DNA of 62,178 nt, counting the filler, from Choristocarpus tenellus KU-1152 (taxonomy: Eukaryota; Protista; Phaeophyceae): assembly GCA_964200185.2 (NCBI GenBank). It is 16 parts of 16 records of this genome, joined end to end, with 100 filler letters (N's around TTAATTAATTAA, not from the genome) between each part and the next. Parts side by side here need not be neighbours in the genome. Positions count along the whole stretch, not along the records: positions 39,160 to 42,192 come from CAXNAD020022797.1; positions 42,293 to 48,327 come from CAXNAD020009106.1; positions 48,428 to 51,035 come from CAXNAD020026317.1; positions 51,136 to 54,720 come from CAXNAD020019103.1; 12 more parts are not named here. The stretch is one strand, 5' to 3'. The position numbers and the translations under genes were made by a program. This document shows positions 39,160 to 52,499 of the stretch, in pieces. Within the stretch, counting starts at the first letter, position 1, and every line of letters begins with the position of its first letter. A model generated the notes under the pieces. That model was not told the DNA's origin. It saw only the letters and a program-made list of their open reading frames with translations, and did not search any database.

Positions 39160-39220
39160 CTGTTTGACCGAAACGGATGCCCCCTCACAAACCACCCCAC
39201 CCCCCCAGATACTTTGAGTC
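39160..39220 (+). mobile_element. MITE subfamily A right end at a contig start
   Basis: TGTTTGACCGAAACGGA.GCCCCCTCACAAACCACC..CCAGATACTTTGAGTC. Confidence 0.85.
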
Positions 39221-39576
39221 TACATGCACAAGAGGTTGGAGATATAAAGACAAGGCCTCCGGGCGCTTTAACTCGTGTAACTAGCTCTATCAGAGAGGGA
39301 GGCGAAGACAAAGATCACTAGAAGGTGCCAACTTATGAGGATGGTTTGTATCGTGTTCAAAATAATCTCAAATTTTGTGACCCTGCAATAGGTTTCCTGC
39401 AGTTCAGAGCAGTAAGAATGTCAATGTACAAAAGAAAATCTTGCGATCAGCTGAAAGGGCTCTGTGTAAAAAATAAACAAAAAGAAAAAGCTCTTTTTAA
39501 AAATCCAAGATTCTGCTCCACTTTAGGTCCATTCCTCCTTGTCTCACCGATTCACCCAGACACTATGCATGCTCAC

Positions 39577-41447
39577 ATGAGACCATTTACTCCACCTTCC
39601 CCAGGAGGAGGTACTCCAATAGCGCATATACAAAAGTCACCCATAACATTGTGGAAGTTGACCACATACACAACTCGACTGTAGCGTGAACCCACTGCCA
39701 GGAGAGGTTTGGTGGCATGAAATGCCAGCACAGACACTGGTCCATGGTAGAACTGCTCTTTCCAGAGACTTATTAATTCCACGCTGTATGCAGAGGTCTG
39801 AGGAGTGTCATGATTCAGGGTTGTTGATGGGTGGGATTAGTTGACTGATACCAAGGTCAAAAGCAATCAAGCGAAAACTTGATGATTTCAATTTGGTTGT
39901 GCCCTAGGACACAAGTAGTCATTAGAGATCGGCAACAGCAGCTATATCGAGGGATGGTATTGCTTGAATGGAAAAAAACAACAATTGAGTATGGAAAATA
40001 ACCACCGACATCAATCCCCACACGTGAAACACAACATGTTCATATAACACAGCACTGATCCCCTACCCCAGTGACTGTGACATGCTCTTCTCAGCCTGTT
40101 CTTGAATCTACAACCACCCTTGTCTTGCCTCCTTCACAAAGAGAAGGTGTACGCCTCCATGGCACAAGCCAACTGCCAGCAGAGGTTGCAACCTGCATGA
40201 TGCCACTGCACAAATGGGGATGGGGAGACCAGTCCTGCCACATTTCTCCTCCTTCCGCTCCAAGATATTATCTTCACTTTCACCAATGGGCGTACAATCA
40301 GCAGCAAACCTCTTTAACCCACACAATTTTCCACGAGCAACAGTCCAGGCCCGCAAGATCCCATCCTCCCCTTAGGGGTAGACACATAGATGGGAGGAGT
40401 GATATGCAGCCATCCAAACCAACCACCCGGTTGGTGCCAAGGAAGTCAAGAGAGATTATCTAGGGTGAGTGTGTGACAAGGCGTCTGTTTACTACGGGTC
40501 AGGAATTAACAAAACGGATCAGTTGGGGGATTTCCATTTGAAAGCTCGAGTGCAGTAAGTCCTGAAATACCTAGAGTAACATCACTGAGATAGAGTAAGG
40601 ATGAGGAGTGGGAAAGGAGGGTGGAAAAATATGAGTGTGGCATAACACTGGTCCAGGTCCATCCCATAGGGTCACAGTGCTATTGCTGCAGCCTGTATTT
40701 CCGTCCTACACAACTGTATTCACTTCTTTCACATTCTACAGCCACTCCATCCACCAGATTAGAATTGCTAAACACTGAGCAGAATGCAATGTAGCATCAA
40801 CCCTCTGTTTCTCTCACCTCCAGTTGCAAGGATATCTGTGTATACTTCAGCAGACTCTTGTCTCAGGACCCTGACACAAGCTAAAGACAGAACTCTGCCC
40901 TGATGGAAGGACTTGAGCAGTGTCACACCCGGGGTGGACACGCCCTGCTCGCCCATGTGCTTGTCAGGGTCCATGAGAACGCTTTGCAGACTAATAAACC
41001 ACCAAGAAAAGAGCAATAGAGGGACAGGAGAGAAGATGCCCAAATGGGAAGGGGAGAGGTGAAAGAAACATATTACTAAGATATTGAGGAGTAATTTTAC
41101 ATTCTGTGTCTGTAAAATGAGTGACCCCAGATGGCCGTGGACAAAAGAAATCAAGCCCTCTTTATGTGGAGATTGAGTGGAAGTGGGAAGAGAAGTGGTC
41201 AGGTTTGATTGCAGAAGGTAGTAACTGGAGGGATAGCTACATACATGCCCACAGTGATAGTGAACAGGCGTGCTCAACCATTCTTTAGTTATGTTGTATT
41301 TGTAAATTCTCTCTTGCTTCCACACCTCCCCTGAGATGATCCCACAACCATCTTGTCATAGAGTGGACTGCAAGCCAGAGCTACTGCCTGATAGCAAGTG
41401 TTGTTTCCTTCCTCGTCCACCTCCATGAGCTGGACAGAGACAAGCTC
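39577..41447 (-). CDS. WD40-repeat protein, CFAP43/CFAP44-like (flagellar); four internal exons 41447-41326, 40990-40818, 40370-40118, 39783-39577
   Basis: Phase-consistent splicing gives ..SPLYDKMVVGSSQGS|LQSV..SFHQGRVLSLA..ILATG|GEDGILRAW..PLLAVGLCHGGVHLL..QG|VELI..YHGPVSVLAFHATKPLLAVGS..; the WD40 signatures are clear. The CFAP43/44 assignment comes from recalled motif order, not from a search. Confidence 0.8.
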
Positions 41448-41719
41448 CTAAAAAGGGAATAAAAAGCATTTCAAAATGATGGGCATGTGACCGACCATTT
41501 TTTTCTTAAAGTGTATTATTGATCTGGGAGATACTTTCATACCAAAACAATTATATCAACGACACCCAGGGGTAAGAGGAACGATATGAAGATCCTCATC
41601 ATGTCGAATAGCCTAGTGTTATCCTTACGTTATCTGTCCTTGTCCAAGTAAACAACATAGCTTTATGTACGTTGATCATTAGTTTAGTATAAAACAAGCT
41701 AGTAACGTACACAGCGGTA

Positions 41720-41879
41720 TGTTATGGTTGGTCAATGGGACATTAAAAATGGTATAGTGGGACAATGGCATCAAGTGGACAATACCCTGTGGATAATTAA
41801 TAATTCAGTGTGTGCCTTACAATATAATTCAACTGCTAGCTTCCGGCGACGAGCCTTACAGGCGCCAAGCTTTTCAACA
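41720..41879 (+). mobile_element. Probable solo LTR (TGTT...AACA, 160 bp)
   Basis: TG...CA termini; 3' half shared with 16626-16711; no clear TSD. Confidence 0.5.
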
Positions 41880-43555
41880 CATCACACTACATTTACAATA
41901 GTGACAATGCTTCATTCCCATCGACAGGGTGAATCCATTCACCCTGCAATCTTCCCTGCCCTGTCACAATTGCCATTTTGCATCACTCCTTGTGCATTAA
42001 AAGAAAACCTAAGCATTTCTAGTGTTGGAGTGTCGACATTGCAACCACAGGAGCCGGGCCAGGTCAGGACGTAATAAGTGGAAAAAAGCAATACTAAGAA
42101 TGTTTTACATCATTTGCACAAGTGAAACAGGGAGTAACAAAGTTCAAATATGCGGCAATCTGTTGAGGTGTGGCTCAAAGTATCTTGGGGGGNNNNNNNN
42201 NNNNNNNNNNNNNNNNNNNNNNNNNNNNNNNNNNNNTTAATTAATTAANNNNNNNNNNNNNNNNNNNNNNNNNNNNNNNNNNNNNNNNNNNNATATAGCC
42301 CCCCCCCCCCCCCGGATACCTTTGACCAATCGCTATTGTGCTTATCAAGTCGTAACTTTAATCAAGATTGCAATCGAGAGGTAATTTACAATCACCAACT
42401 TTCGACTTGATTACCAACTTTTACCAACTTTCTCGTGCGAACGCGCGCATCGCTCGACACTTCATGCACGATTTAATCACAATATTGAAATTTTTCGGGG
42501 CAAAGTGATCTATCTGTACACGCATGTGTTTTTAATTCATAGCTGCGGACGGAGAGAGATGATTCCGGCAGGCGGTTGGGTCAAGACTGAGAAGTTGACT
42601 TGGGGAGGTAATGGAGACATGTTGAGATGGATGGAATGTTAGACTCATTGGCGTTTTGAAAAGAATTGAGAGCATTAGCAGTAGCACCGGAAGACCAGGG
42701 CGGAAACATATGTAAAGCACGGGTAGTGAATACGTTGGTAATGGTTCTCGAAGTACCTTACAACAACCTGTGAAAAAATATGCAGCGAGAAAAGAAAAAG
42801 ATAGAGAAGGGAGTAGGAAGGCGTGTCATCCATTTCGTGACTCTGGTTTGCAAGTGTGTGGGAGGGCTTTGCGTGAGCAGTGATTGAGCACAGAGGCTTT
42901 GCAATAGGACCAAGCACGAGAAGGAAGGAGCAGGCAATGTGATATACTTGCTATGACAAACTTTACGATTTGATGGTTTTGGACCTAAGGGGGTATGTAT
43001 CCTTAGGCGTAGAGGGTATTCAACATGTAGTGTTGTACTGGCTACTTTGCTTAAAACAACTTGGTAGACCGAACACCCATGGCAGCAATGAATGAGGGCT
43101 TGGAAACACATATGGGAGGACTGGGGCAAAACTATATACCTCAAGGTAAATAATAATACTGCCGACTATGATACTACTGTTGGAAGGCATCAACACCTGT
43201 TTCATGATCTTCCCATTTTTCAAGCACAGTGTGTACATAGCTTAAATAGAAAATAAATTAGAAAAAAGTGACTTTGCGCAGGCTGTTCTGGGCGACAGCG
43301 AAAACCTTCAATAAACTACTACCATAGCACATTACAGGTTTCATCAACGAGGGTGCCGAATGCTGTCGTGCCTTTTACCTTTGAGACTCTCAATTTTGCC
43401 GACACCCCTTACTGTTAGTACCTCCCTGACTTTACTACAATACCTAAGTGCACACCATCAAGTGTAGCAAACAACCCCACCCCACTTAATTATGGCATGA
43501 ACCCACCACCTCAACCAGTCAATTGCAATAATCACTAACACTGTGTATGACTAAC

Positions 43556-45901
43556 CTGTGACAGTAGTGAAAATATGAGGAATGAAATTCCAAACATCAA
43601 TCCTATCGGGCCGGGATTCGCCAGCCTCAAGAGCCCCAGGAGAGGGATCACGGCATAGCAGATCTTATGGATATTGTTCACAAATGGCCGGTATGTGATT
43701 GTCCAAGGGGAGACTGTTCAAATGTCATTCAGTGTGAGATAACAGTGACGGCAATGGTATTGATAGAGGGGTCAATTGTTTGTTGTCTGGTGGATTGGAA
43801 TTGTTGTAATTAATTTGTGAAGTAAAATGGGATCATTGTAGTAGCAATCTGTGCTCTCATGCCCTATTATGCCCAAGGGCTTAAGGGCTTCCATAGTAGA
43901 ACATACCTAGGAATTAGAACATCTCTGACAAACCATCCACGCATTCTTGTAAGGGCGAAACAGGGGTTGTTTATTAGATAAGTGTCCATATTTTCCCCTC
44001 AACATTGAACAGCCACTTTGACAGGCAAGGTCTGCAATTACAGCAGCAGGTGCAACAGTCACTTCAACTCTCAGAAACACAAAAGGTTTACTTCTACAAA
44101 TGAAACAATTCTACATAATGCAATTCCCCTTTCAGAGGCGATGTGTGCACTCTGCTCTTTTGGATGACGAAAAAGATGGTAGAATTCTGTGCCTTGTTTA
44201 CATTATATAGTTTGGGCTGGAATGTGAAATATACCTTCTGGGTCAACTTTCAAGGGATAATGGCATTGATTTATCAATCTGAGATTTGATCGTATGCCTG
44301 TAGTAGTTACCAGTGTGTGCTTTCTATTTTCAAATCCTTGTAGTGAATCAACTGTTCCCAACATTGCCTAGAAACAAACAATGCAAGATGGCAGTCCCCA
44401 CGTAGAGTGTGCAAAGGGTTAGCATGGTAGCTAAGGATTACCTAGTAATGTGTCAAAAGTCACTCTAAGACCTTTTGTGCACACAGACACAGCTATATAC
44501 ACCTACATTATTGAGGCTCATTCCATGACAAGACAGACTCACCATGATGTCCTTGGAAAGCTGCAATTACGGTCCCAAACACGGGTGTGTTGATATCTCC
44601 GTAATTGTCAACTGACCAATGGAATACTCCAGAAACAAAGTCAGCGAACAAGTATCCAGCCACTGCCGCCGCTGCTGCAAACCCAGCAACGTCGGGCGCT
44701 GACATTTCCATCATGGCCTGGAAGATGAAGGTGAAAAGCAGGAAGATGGACCGTGGAGGGAAAGGCAGTCACACAGGGTGGAGAGGTCGAGGACTTGTAG
44801 CATAGCAATTGTGTGTTTCAACTGAACAAATAGTTGCAGCGGTCTGAAGTAACGTCTTTGACGCCAACAATTGGAACAAGAAGCATGCTATAACACAAAC
44901 CTACAAAGAGCGATGTTTTAAAGAAGGCTTGAGGGGGGAGATTGCTCGTAGTAATGTGACATACTGTGGCTAAAAACCCCAAGCCATGTGCTCCGCCTAT
45001 CTGCCGGGCCTCACATATTCAAACCCAACTAACAAAAACTCAACTTAGTACATTGGTGCATCTGGCTTGAACTGTTGGTGAGGTCATTGCAACACATTCC
45101 TGGATGCAAGTCTAATACCTGTAAGACAACTTCGCTACCTGTGATATATGTCTACAAGAGGGTATGGGGAGGAAATAGGTTGAAGGAGAACTCGACACTA
45201 CTGACCTTTAGACTGAAGACCAATTCGACAGCTTCTATCTGGCTGGAACACGCGCAAAATTGACACGATTTCATCGCAAACAATACCAGACTCTACTGTT
45301 CAGTTAACGCGAATTGATGGCCTGTTCATCATAGTCACCTGTAATAGCATGACTCCAATAATCGCGAACGTAGTGCAGACAAGGCCAACCATTTTAGGAG
45401 TGTTTTCGAAGGAGTCGCCTTCGATCACCAGATTGGGATCCTTTCCCTTCCGATGGGTCGTTGGTGCGGGCAATGGGTCATCACTTCCTGCTACACCACC
45501 TACACCCGTAACCGATCCTGTCTCCTGTCCGGGTAGGAGATATGCCAATGATATGTTTTCGGTGAAGATTTGAGTGGAATATGACCGCAACAAATGGAGA
45601 AAGGAGTTCGAGAAAGAGCAGGTAGGAAATTACTTCTTTGAGGTTGACCATGAGATGCCCAGATGAATCTTGACTTTACCTTTAATCCAGGAGCCAATGA
45701 TTCCATCAATATTGCACTCTCCGGCAAAGCATGCAGCTTCGTATTTACCAAATGCAGCTTACGCTGCCCTGGTGCTTGTTGCACGTTTGCAACCGTGGGT
45801 CGCGGTCGTACCCGACTCAATGTCGACGGGGCAAACCCTCGCCCTTGATGGAGACCAATACCTGCGAGAAAAAGGCATGACAAGACAGCTGATCTTGCCA
45901 T
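43556..45901 (-). CDS. FAD4: Plastid-targeted FAD4/TMEM189(CarF)-family lipid desaturase; exons 45901-45680, 45524-45339, 44717-44543, 43713-43556; 3' exons missing
   Basis: Spliced translation contains GYLFADFVSGVFHWSVDNYGDINTPVFGTVIAAFQGHH|VSPWTITYRPFVNN...LLSQ (FAD4 signature). N-terminal signal peptide plus G-FAP motif. All introns are GT-AG with consistent phases. Confidence 0.92.
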
Positions 45902-46949
45902 TGATGATCGGGGTTGGTAGCGAGGAATGCTACGAAACTAGTTCGCCAAGGTGTGTGTTGGTGAGGTTGGTGTAAGTTTTGTAGAGGTTGGTGCTTTGTT
46001 GTGAAGTCTCTCTGACTATGACAACTCTTATGGTTTTGCTGACGAAGACATTCGATTCCGACCAAGTGACGCAGGTCGAGGGGATACAACGTTTTTATTA
46101 CTTGTTGTTGTTGGTTGGCTAAAGGCCTAATTTTAGGTGTTGATTGGTTATTGATTACCCCACAATAGATTGATTGACTAATGGATCTCAATATTTGTAT
46201 GCATGTTTTTTTTTTATATGGAACAATGTCACATGACAATTAAGTGGTGTGTTTGTAGACAGAATAACATACACCTCTTCTTCCCCAGTCTCACCTACTA
46301 GGTCGGTCAGGATCGTCCCCCAACAACTAACGGGTACAACAATGTGACAGGAAAAAATCCTTCTCTATGATCCGTAGAGAAGATTGTGTAAGTTGTTGAC
46401 TCGCCTGAGACATGGACTTTTTCTGAGAAGTGTAGGCGACCTACTCCTCTCTTCATTGATCCACCGTCAACATGCTCCTTTGTAGTCTTGTTCGCAGACT
46501 CCCTCCCCTCCCTCGTTACACGCCAGCAAGGCGTCCTAGGATAGTAATTAGTTTACTACTCCTGCCTGCTTCAGCCCGACAATCTTATTCTCGGCACTTC
46601 TATCTCATCCATCCTGTCTACAGGAGTCCCTGGGACGACATGGCCGAGGTCATTGGCCAAGCATGGGTAGACTGGAGGGTCACCTCGCCCCCAGGGTAAC
46701 CCCCTGCATTCTACATAATGGCTGAAAATGACCTAGGAGAGATGCCCAGACTGACCCAGCATGACATTGCTCGATTACTCTCAACCGACTCTGATTTTAC
46801 TCTTTTCGGTCCTGGTTGGCGAACCTCCTCACACACCCCAGACCTGAACGGGATTCTTCTGCAATGGCTCTAGCCAGGCACGGGAGTCAATGTTGACAAC
46901 GGGCCAACGCTTTGATGTCTACTCAAACTCGGGAGCAAGGTTGACAGTT

Positions 46950-47490
46950 ATCTCCCCCAGAATTTTGCCTCATGGTGAATCGTTCCTGATGTGTGGAGAA
47001 GGCACTGGCCACGGTCGCACATGCCCCCGATCTGGTGACAAAGCATGACAGCACCACCTCCCTGCACCATCAATCTCAATTTCCATAAGGGTGCTATCTT
47101 CCATGCAGGAACTCTCTCCAATACAGCTACTGCCCTCTGAGGGGAAAAAGGACTACTCCTGGATGTGACCTGCGCTAGAGTACAAATGAACTGCCACCTC
47201 ATCAACCAACGATAGCCTTGCTGATGCTGCAGTAGAGACCCGCGAGATTAATCACTACTACAGAGGATCTATCGATCCTCGCAGTTTTAACATCAACATC
47301 TTTGCCGTTGAAAGCTTGGGGCGTCTTGGCATCCAGGGAAAGTTATTTCTGGAAGAATCAGCAAGGCATGTTATAGGAGGTACGGGGACAGATGGTTTCA
47401 GCAGAATGGGACCCGTAAATCATGGTGAAGGCAGATTATTTGAATCATTGCTCAAGTGGCCATATCCAGAAGGGTTTTGCGCTTTTAATT
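46950..47490 (+). mobile_element. CRE-clade non-LTR retrotransposon, restriction-like endonuclease C-terminal relic
   Basis: GLLLDVT...HYYRGSIDPRSF..FAVESLGRLG..G..FLEE.ARHVIGG...QVAISRRVLRF matches the D-VT / AVES.GRLG / QVAISRRV pattern of CRE-type elements; stops and frameshifts present. Confidence 0.8.
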
Positions 47491-50400
47491 AGAGACATCA
47501 ATACAATGGTCTAGGAAAGGCTAGACAGATTAATGGGACTCTTCCCTCAATTTTCACCCCCTCCATAGAGTGAGTTTTGGAGTATTGCTTTTGCTATTTT
47601 CTAGTCCATTGTTTTACCTAAAAGCTGGTGTATCTGATATAATATTCTTCTTTGTGGTTGTAGTTGCATTTTTCACATGATCTTCCCTCTTGTCCGGTCT
47701 CTATTGTGCGTTCATACTTTGTTGCCTTCTCCCCTTTATATTTCATGTTTCCTTGGTGAATATCTCCGCAACATAATAGTGAGCAAAATAGTACTTGTAT
47801 TGAGCTCTGCTGTATTACTACTAATGTAAATATGGAAAATTATAGTTTGTCTTTATATCTCCATGATGAATACAAAATAAGATTATACGTGCTGTGTACT
47901 ACATAACGATCGAGAACCACCATTTGATTTTTTTTTCAAGAATTCAAACACCCTTCAACTATCCGCTATCATATAGGGTAGAATTGCCTCCCGACAGAAT
48001 GCAGTTTGTTCTTTAGGAGGGCATTTGGCTTGTCATTTTTCTGCGCTAATTGGCTTCCATAATTAGAGCATTGACCCAAAGTATCTGGGAGGGGGGGGGG
48101 AAGTCCTCTGATCACTGCTTGACGGAATGGTACATCTTGTAGAGTACGTGGTGTTCGTATGCTTGTAAAGGAGAGAGCAATTGTACGTTGGCGTCAATAT
48201 GGTATGAGAGTATTGTATTGTGTGGATCATATGTGTAGGGGGATTGCTAGGGGGGGGGTGGGGGGGGGGGGGGGGGTGAGGTGTTATGGGGTTGTTGGTG
48301 TGTTTTGTGGTGGGGGTTTGTATTTTTNNNNNNNNNNNNNNNNNNNNNNNNNNNNNNNNNNNNNNNNNNNNTTAATTAATTAANNNNNNNNNNNNNNNNN
48401 NNNNNNNNNNNNNNNNNNNNNNNNNNNGGTAAACAGTTGTAGTGAGGAGTATAGGGCATTGACATGTACGCAGTACATGCAGGGCACACCTCCTCGATCC
48501 CTTGTGCTCCATGGTCTCCACGTATTTGTGAACCACCAGAACATGGTTCAGGGATGACCCACAGCAGAGTCATAACCATGACCACTGTGGGGGAGATAAG
48601 AGAACAATGTTGCAAGGTTGGACGTGGCGCTTTGGACAGAAACAAGGTCATATTTCAGTGCAATGACCCTTGAATCATGTGAGGTGACAGGGGTCTACAT
48701 AGCTGACGCAGACAGCAATCATTTCCAAAACAAGGTAGAATGAAGGGGATACTAGATGGTGGTGAGAGTGCTGATGTCGGTCTTCCTGATCATACCCAGC
48801 CCCCAGGAAAGAAAATGTTCATCCATTAACAAAGACTCTGCGCTCTATCATATTCCTCCCTTGCCCTCCAGTTGTTTGTCTCCTAAGCACTGGCAATACT
48901 CACCTCTCACAGGAAGGACAAGTTAAGTTGACCCTGTGTCAAAGCCCAACATGTTAGACATGTTTCCTGCGGTCTGTTGAAGCCTATAACCATTTTTTCC
49001 CACCATGTTGGCAACCGCTGTGGAAATATGAGTACCATTCCCCATTTGTAGATGGACACCAATCACAGTGACATACCGATCAGGGAATGTTGGGGGTTCA
49101 GCAGAGGATGCATTCATGCATTGGAGACCATTTGATTTGTAAGCTTTTACAGAGACATCTAGTGCACTTGGCCCTGAAAATTTCAATAGTTACGGGAGCA
49201 TGAGCCAATACACAAGCATATTCCACAAAGTAGCTCAAACAAATGATTGGCAAATAATTGGCTCAGAAGTTACTGTCTCTCCAGGAAGTGGTTCCTACGC
49301 AATGTACATACTCTTCAAAGCAAACACAAGGTACAACTGGCCCTCATGGGAAAAATGGAAATGACCTAACTCCTCACGGATGCCTTCTTCTGGATTCATT
49401 TTGTGACAATAAATCAGCACCCCTACACTTTCTCTCCGTGGCTTAGTGATGGGTATGCAACAACATCATCACGCACCCTGCTTAACTCTTGCTTTGGAGT
49501 GTTGGAGGAGGTATGATTTGCATTGCAACGTAGTCAGCAATTTCAAATGGTGGTACGGGAATGCTTGGTCTCGTCACAGTCATATCTTTGAAAGATAAAT
49601 AAGAATTTTGAGCCCGTCAATAGGATTGCTGCTACAGTTATCACAATGATCAAGGACAAGAGATTGGGGTACAGAAGCTATATTTTCACCAGTTGCCAGT
49701 GCTTGAGGCATGATTGGAGACCCTGATGATAAAAAAAGAAGCTGCTCTTTTGTTTCTTCTTGATATGAACAAAACTGCCAGCTAGTACTGACTGTTGATT
49801 GGTCCAATCCACTTGTTGTTATTGTCCATTAGTTTACTGTGTATCTCAACTCATCATCACATCGATAACAGTAAATAGAAGTATAGCATCAGCTGATACA
49901 CGTCACACACAGGAACATCATAGCAAGCGCCATCCAAGTTACTTTGGATCTTGCTCCAAGCGCGTTCCTCTGTTACCTTCTGTTTTAATCTTTGTTGTTG
50001 TCTTTCATCTCTTTTTTTATTTTTATCAGCAGAAGACTCCAGATGCAAGTTAATTGTTGGTTATTTATTCTTATTGGTTGTCATTGCACCCTCAGAGTGC
50101 ACCAAGCTCACTCTGCAATAAGTGCACCTGACACACACCTGGATGTAATATAATCGGAGTTTAAATATCTACGGAAACCCTTGCCAGCCAAGGTAGCAAG
50201 CCTCTCCACAGAGCATGGACTTCTTTCGTTGAGTATCACATGAAAGAACACTGAATTCACATCACATCATTCTTGACTGAGAGATCAATGACTTCAGTTG
50301 CAATAGAATAAATACATCGGTGCTTTGCAGCACAATCACATCTACTCACAACACAGACTACACATTTTACTCATCGGTGCTTTACAACACCATGAATCCT

Positions 50401-51135
50401 CTTCACTCATTATCTACGCATTTTACTTACATGTACGATGCATTCGATTCAGATTTCAACACCTGGCTGCTATTAATTTGGGTGCTTTGAGGAGAGGATC
50501 TGAGCCAACACAACACTGACTCTAGAGCGGGTAGGGCAGCTAATGTTGTACTTGTTGTGTTCTGCCATTTTCCCCAAACAACATCTGCAAACTGTAGGCG
50601 GGAATGCAACAGTGCAAGATGACGTGAATGCATTTCACCACTAAATTGTGCTACATTTGAATAGCATTGGTGCAACTTAGCTTTGGCTTGGTATTGTATA
50701 TATTGTCAAAGGCAGGGATAATGCTGGAACTACTTTCATCTCTAAGCCTTGGCCCTTGACCTTGTGCACCCTCCAATCCCGGCCCTGGCCTCAGTTGACA
50801 ATCCCCTCCTCTCAACCCCCAGTCACCTCGGATCCAACACTGTTGACCTGGTCGACAATGAACTGTAGGTATTCATTGGGGTCCTGCTGGAAGCGTCTGT
50901 TGAACTGCTCAAGGACGGTCAGGTCAACACGATATTCAAGCAGGTTGGGGATGTAGCCAAGGTGGTTGGTGGAGGAGAAGGGAGTGGAGGGGGTGAACGT
51001 TCAGCATCTCTTGAAGCTATTGGTCCAGTCATCATNNNNNNNNNNNNNNNNNNNNNNNNNNNNNNNNNNNNNNNNNNNNTTAATTAATTAANNNNNNNNN
51101 NNNNNNNNNNNNNNNNNNNNNNNNNNNNNNNNNNN

Positions 51136-51254
51136 AAAATCGCGACAAGAAAAAAATTGGCCCCAAATGGACAGCTGCAACCCCCCCTACATACGTCAAG
51201 CCAGCGTCAAAAACGGACGCCGGCACCCCCCGCCCCCCCCAGATACTTTGACCC
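51136..51254 (-). mobile_element. Nested MITEs: subfamily B end (51136-51202) inside subfamily A end (51203-51254)
   Basis: The reverse strand reads GGGTCAAAGTATCT(G)n..GGCGTCCGTTTTTGACGCT, then GGCTTGACGTATGT..GCTGTCCATTTGGGGCCAATTTTTTT. Confidence 0.75.
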
Positions 51255-52499
51255 TGCTGGCTTTCTCCATCGTTATCGAGGTTGTATAGTTGGTGTTGGG
51301 TGGGGGGTAGGTTGATACTAGTGTCTGGGAAAATTCTGATGGAAACAGCAACCCTTTGTCTTCAGTTGCACAAGCAATGTGGTTATTCAAACAGGCAGAA
51401 GGCTAAAGAGTATGAGGACACAGTCCCGAAGTGGAGAGTGGAACAACTGGAAAGGGGTGGAAAAGGCTTTCTTGTCAAGTTGAGCACCTCAATTTTTGTC
51501 TGATATAGAGGAGAAAATCCTGCAACTCCATTTGTACCTATCAGGAATTGGACCTAACCCATTCATACTCAACAAATTGCACTCCTAATTTAAGTAAGCA
51601 TTAAAGACGTTTGGAATATCTTGTATATTTCGAGGTATTCAACAAATAGAATATGGTTGGAATGGTGGAGGCAAGTCGGGTCTACTGTAGTTGGTTTGAG
51701 GTCCTAACTCTACCTAGAACTCAAGGTATGTTCCATTTTGTGCCAAATTCGGAACAAATACTTCAGTCCCACAAAGTAGACTGGAGGTTTCAAACCCCTG
51801 AAAAATCTGCTACAGTTTGATTCATACAATGAAATATATGCACAATAATGAAAGCTGACGTCCTAACGCATCGATTAAGCTATAGTAATACCCTCGATTC
51901 ACAATACAGCGTGCAAAGGATGCATTTTCTGTGCAAGAGGAGTATCTCTACTTTTGGGGATATTTTTGTTGTTTTTGTATTTTCACAGTGGTTTTTTTCC
52001 TGTTCATAATGTGAAACCTGTGTGATTGGAACGCTGAAATACACAGGACACACAGGATATGTTTTATTGGCTCAAATCATTTTGGTTGGCAAGGTACGGT
52101 GACCCCAACTGAGATCGGATTGAGGGAGAATGGAAAACAGTAGATTGTGACAAGGTGGTTGCCCATGGCCAAAGGGAGATGACAAAATATATCGAGCAAA
52201 GGACGAGATATTGGAGGGAGACATATTCAACCTGATCAATGTTCCACACCAGGTGAAAGACATAAATTAGTTAGCGAGACGAACAGGTGCTGTAGAGGAG
52301 GAAGTAGATGAGGAGGTTTCGAAGGTGAAATATGAGGTGAACCCATGGTGAAAGATGGGGTAATAATGACAACATCGAAGCAAACAAATCTGAGCTTATA
52401 ATTCAATATTTTGTATCAAAAGACGACCCAGCATCATTCGGAATATTTCAAGGACAACGAGAGTACTCTCCAGCCTTATCTGATCTCTCACTTGGGCAA

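Noticed and set aside
42532-43240. Remaining FAD4 exons (H-box HxxxH / HxxHH)
   Set aside because: No frame here encodes the expected histidine boxes; those exons lie beyond the contig end.
48430-48830. Possible RTE/LINE reverse transcriptase relic
   Set aside because: The resemblance is too faint; no diagnostic motif survives.
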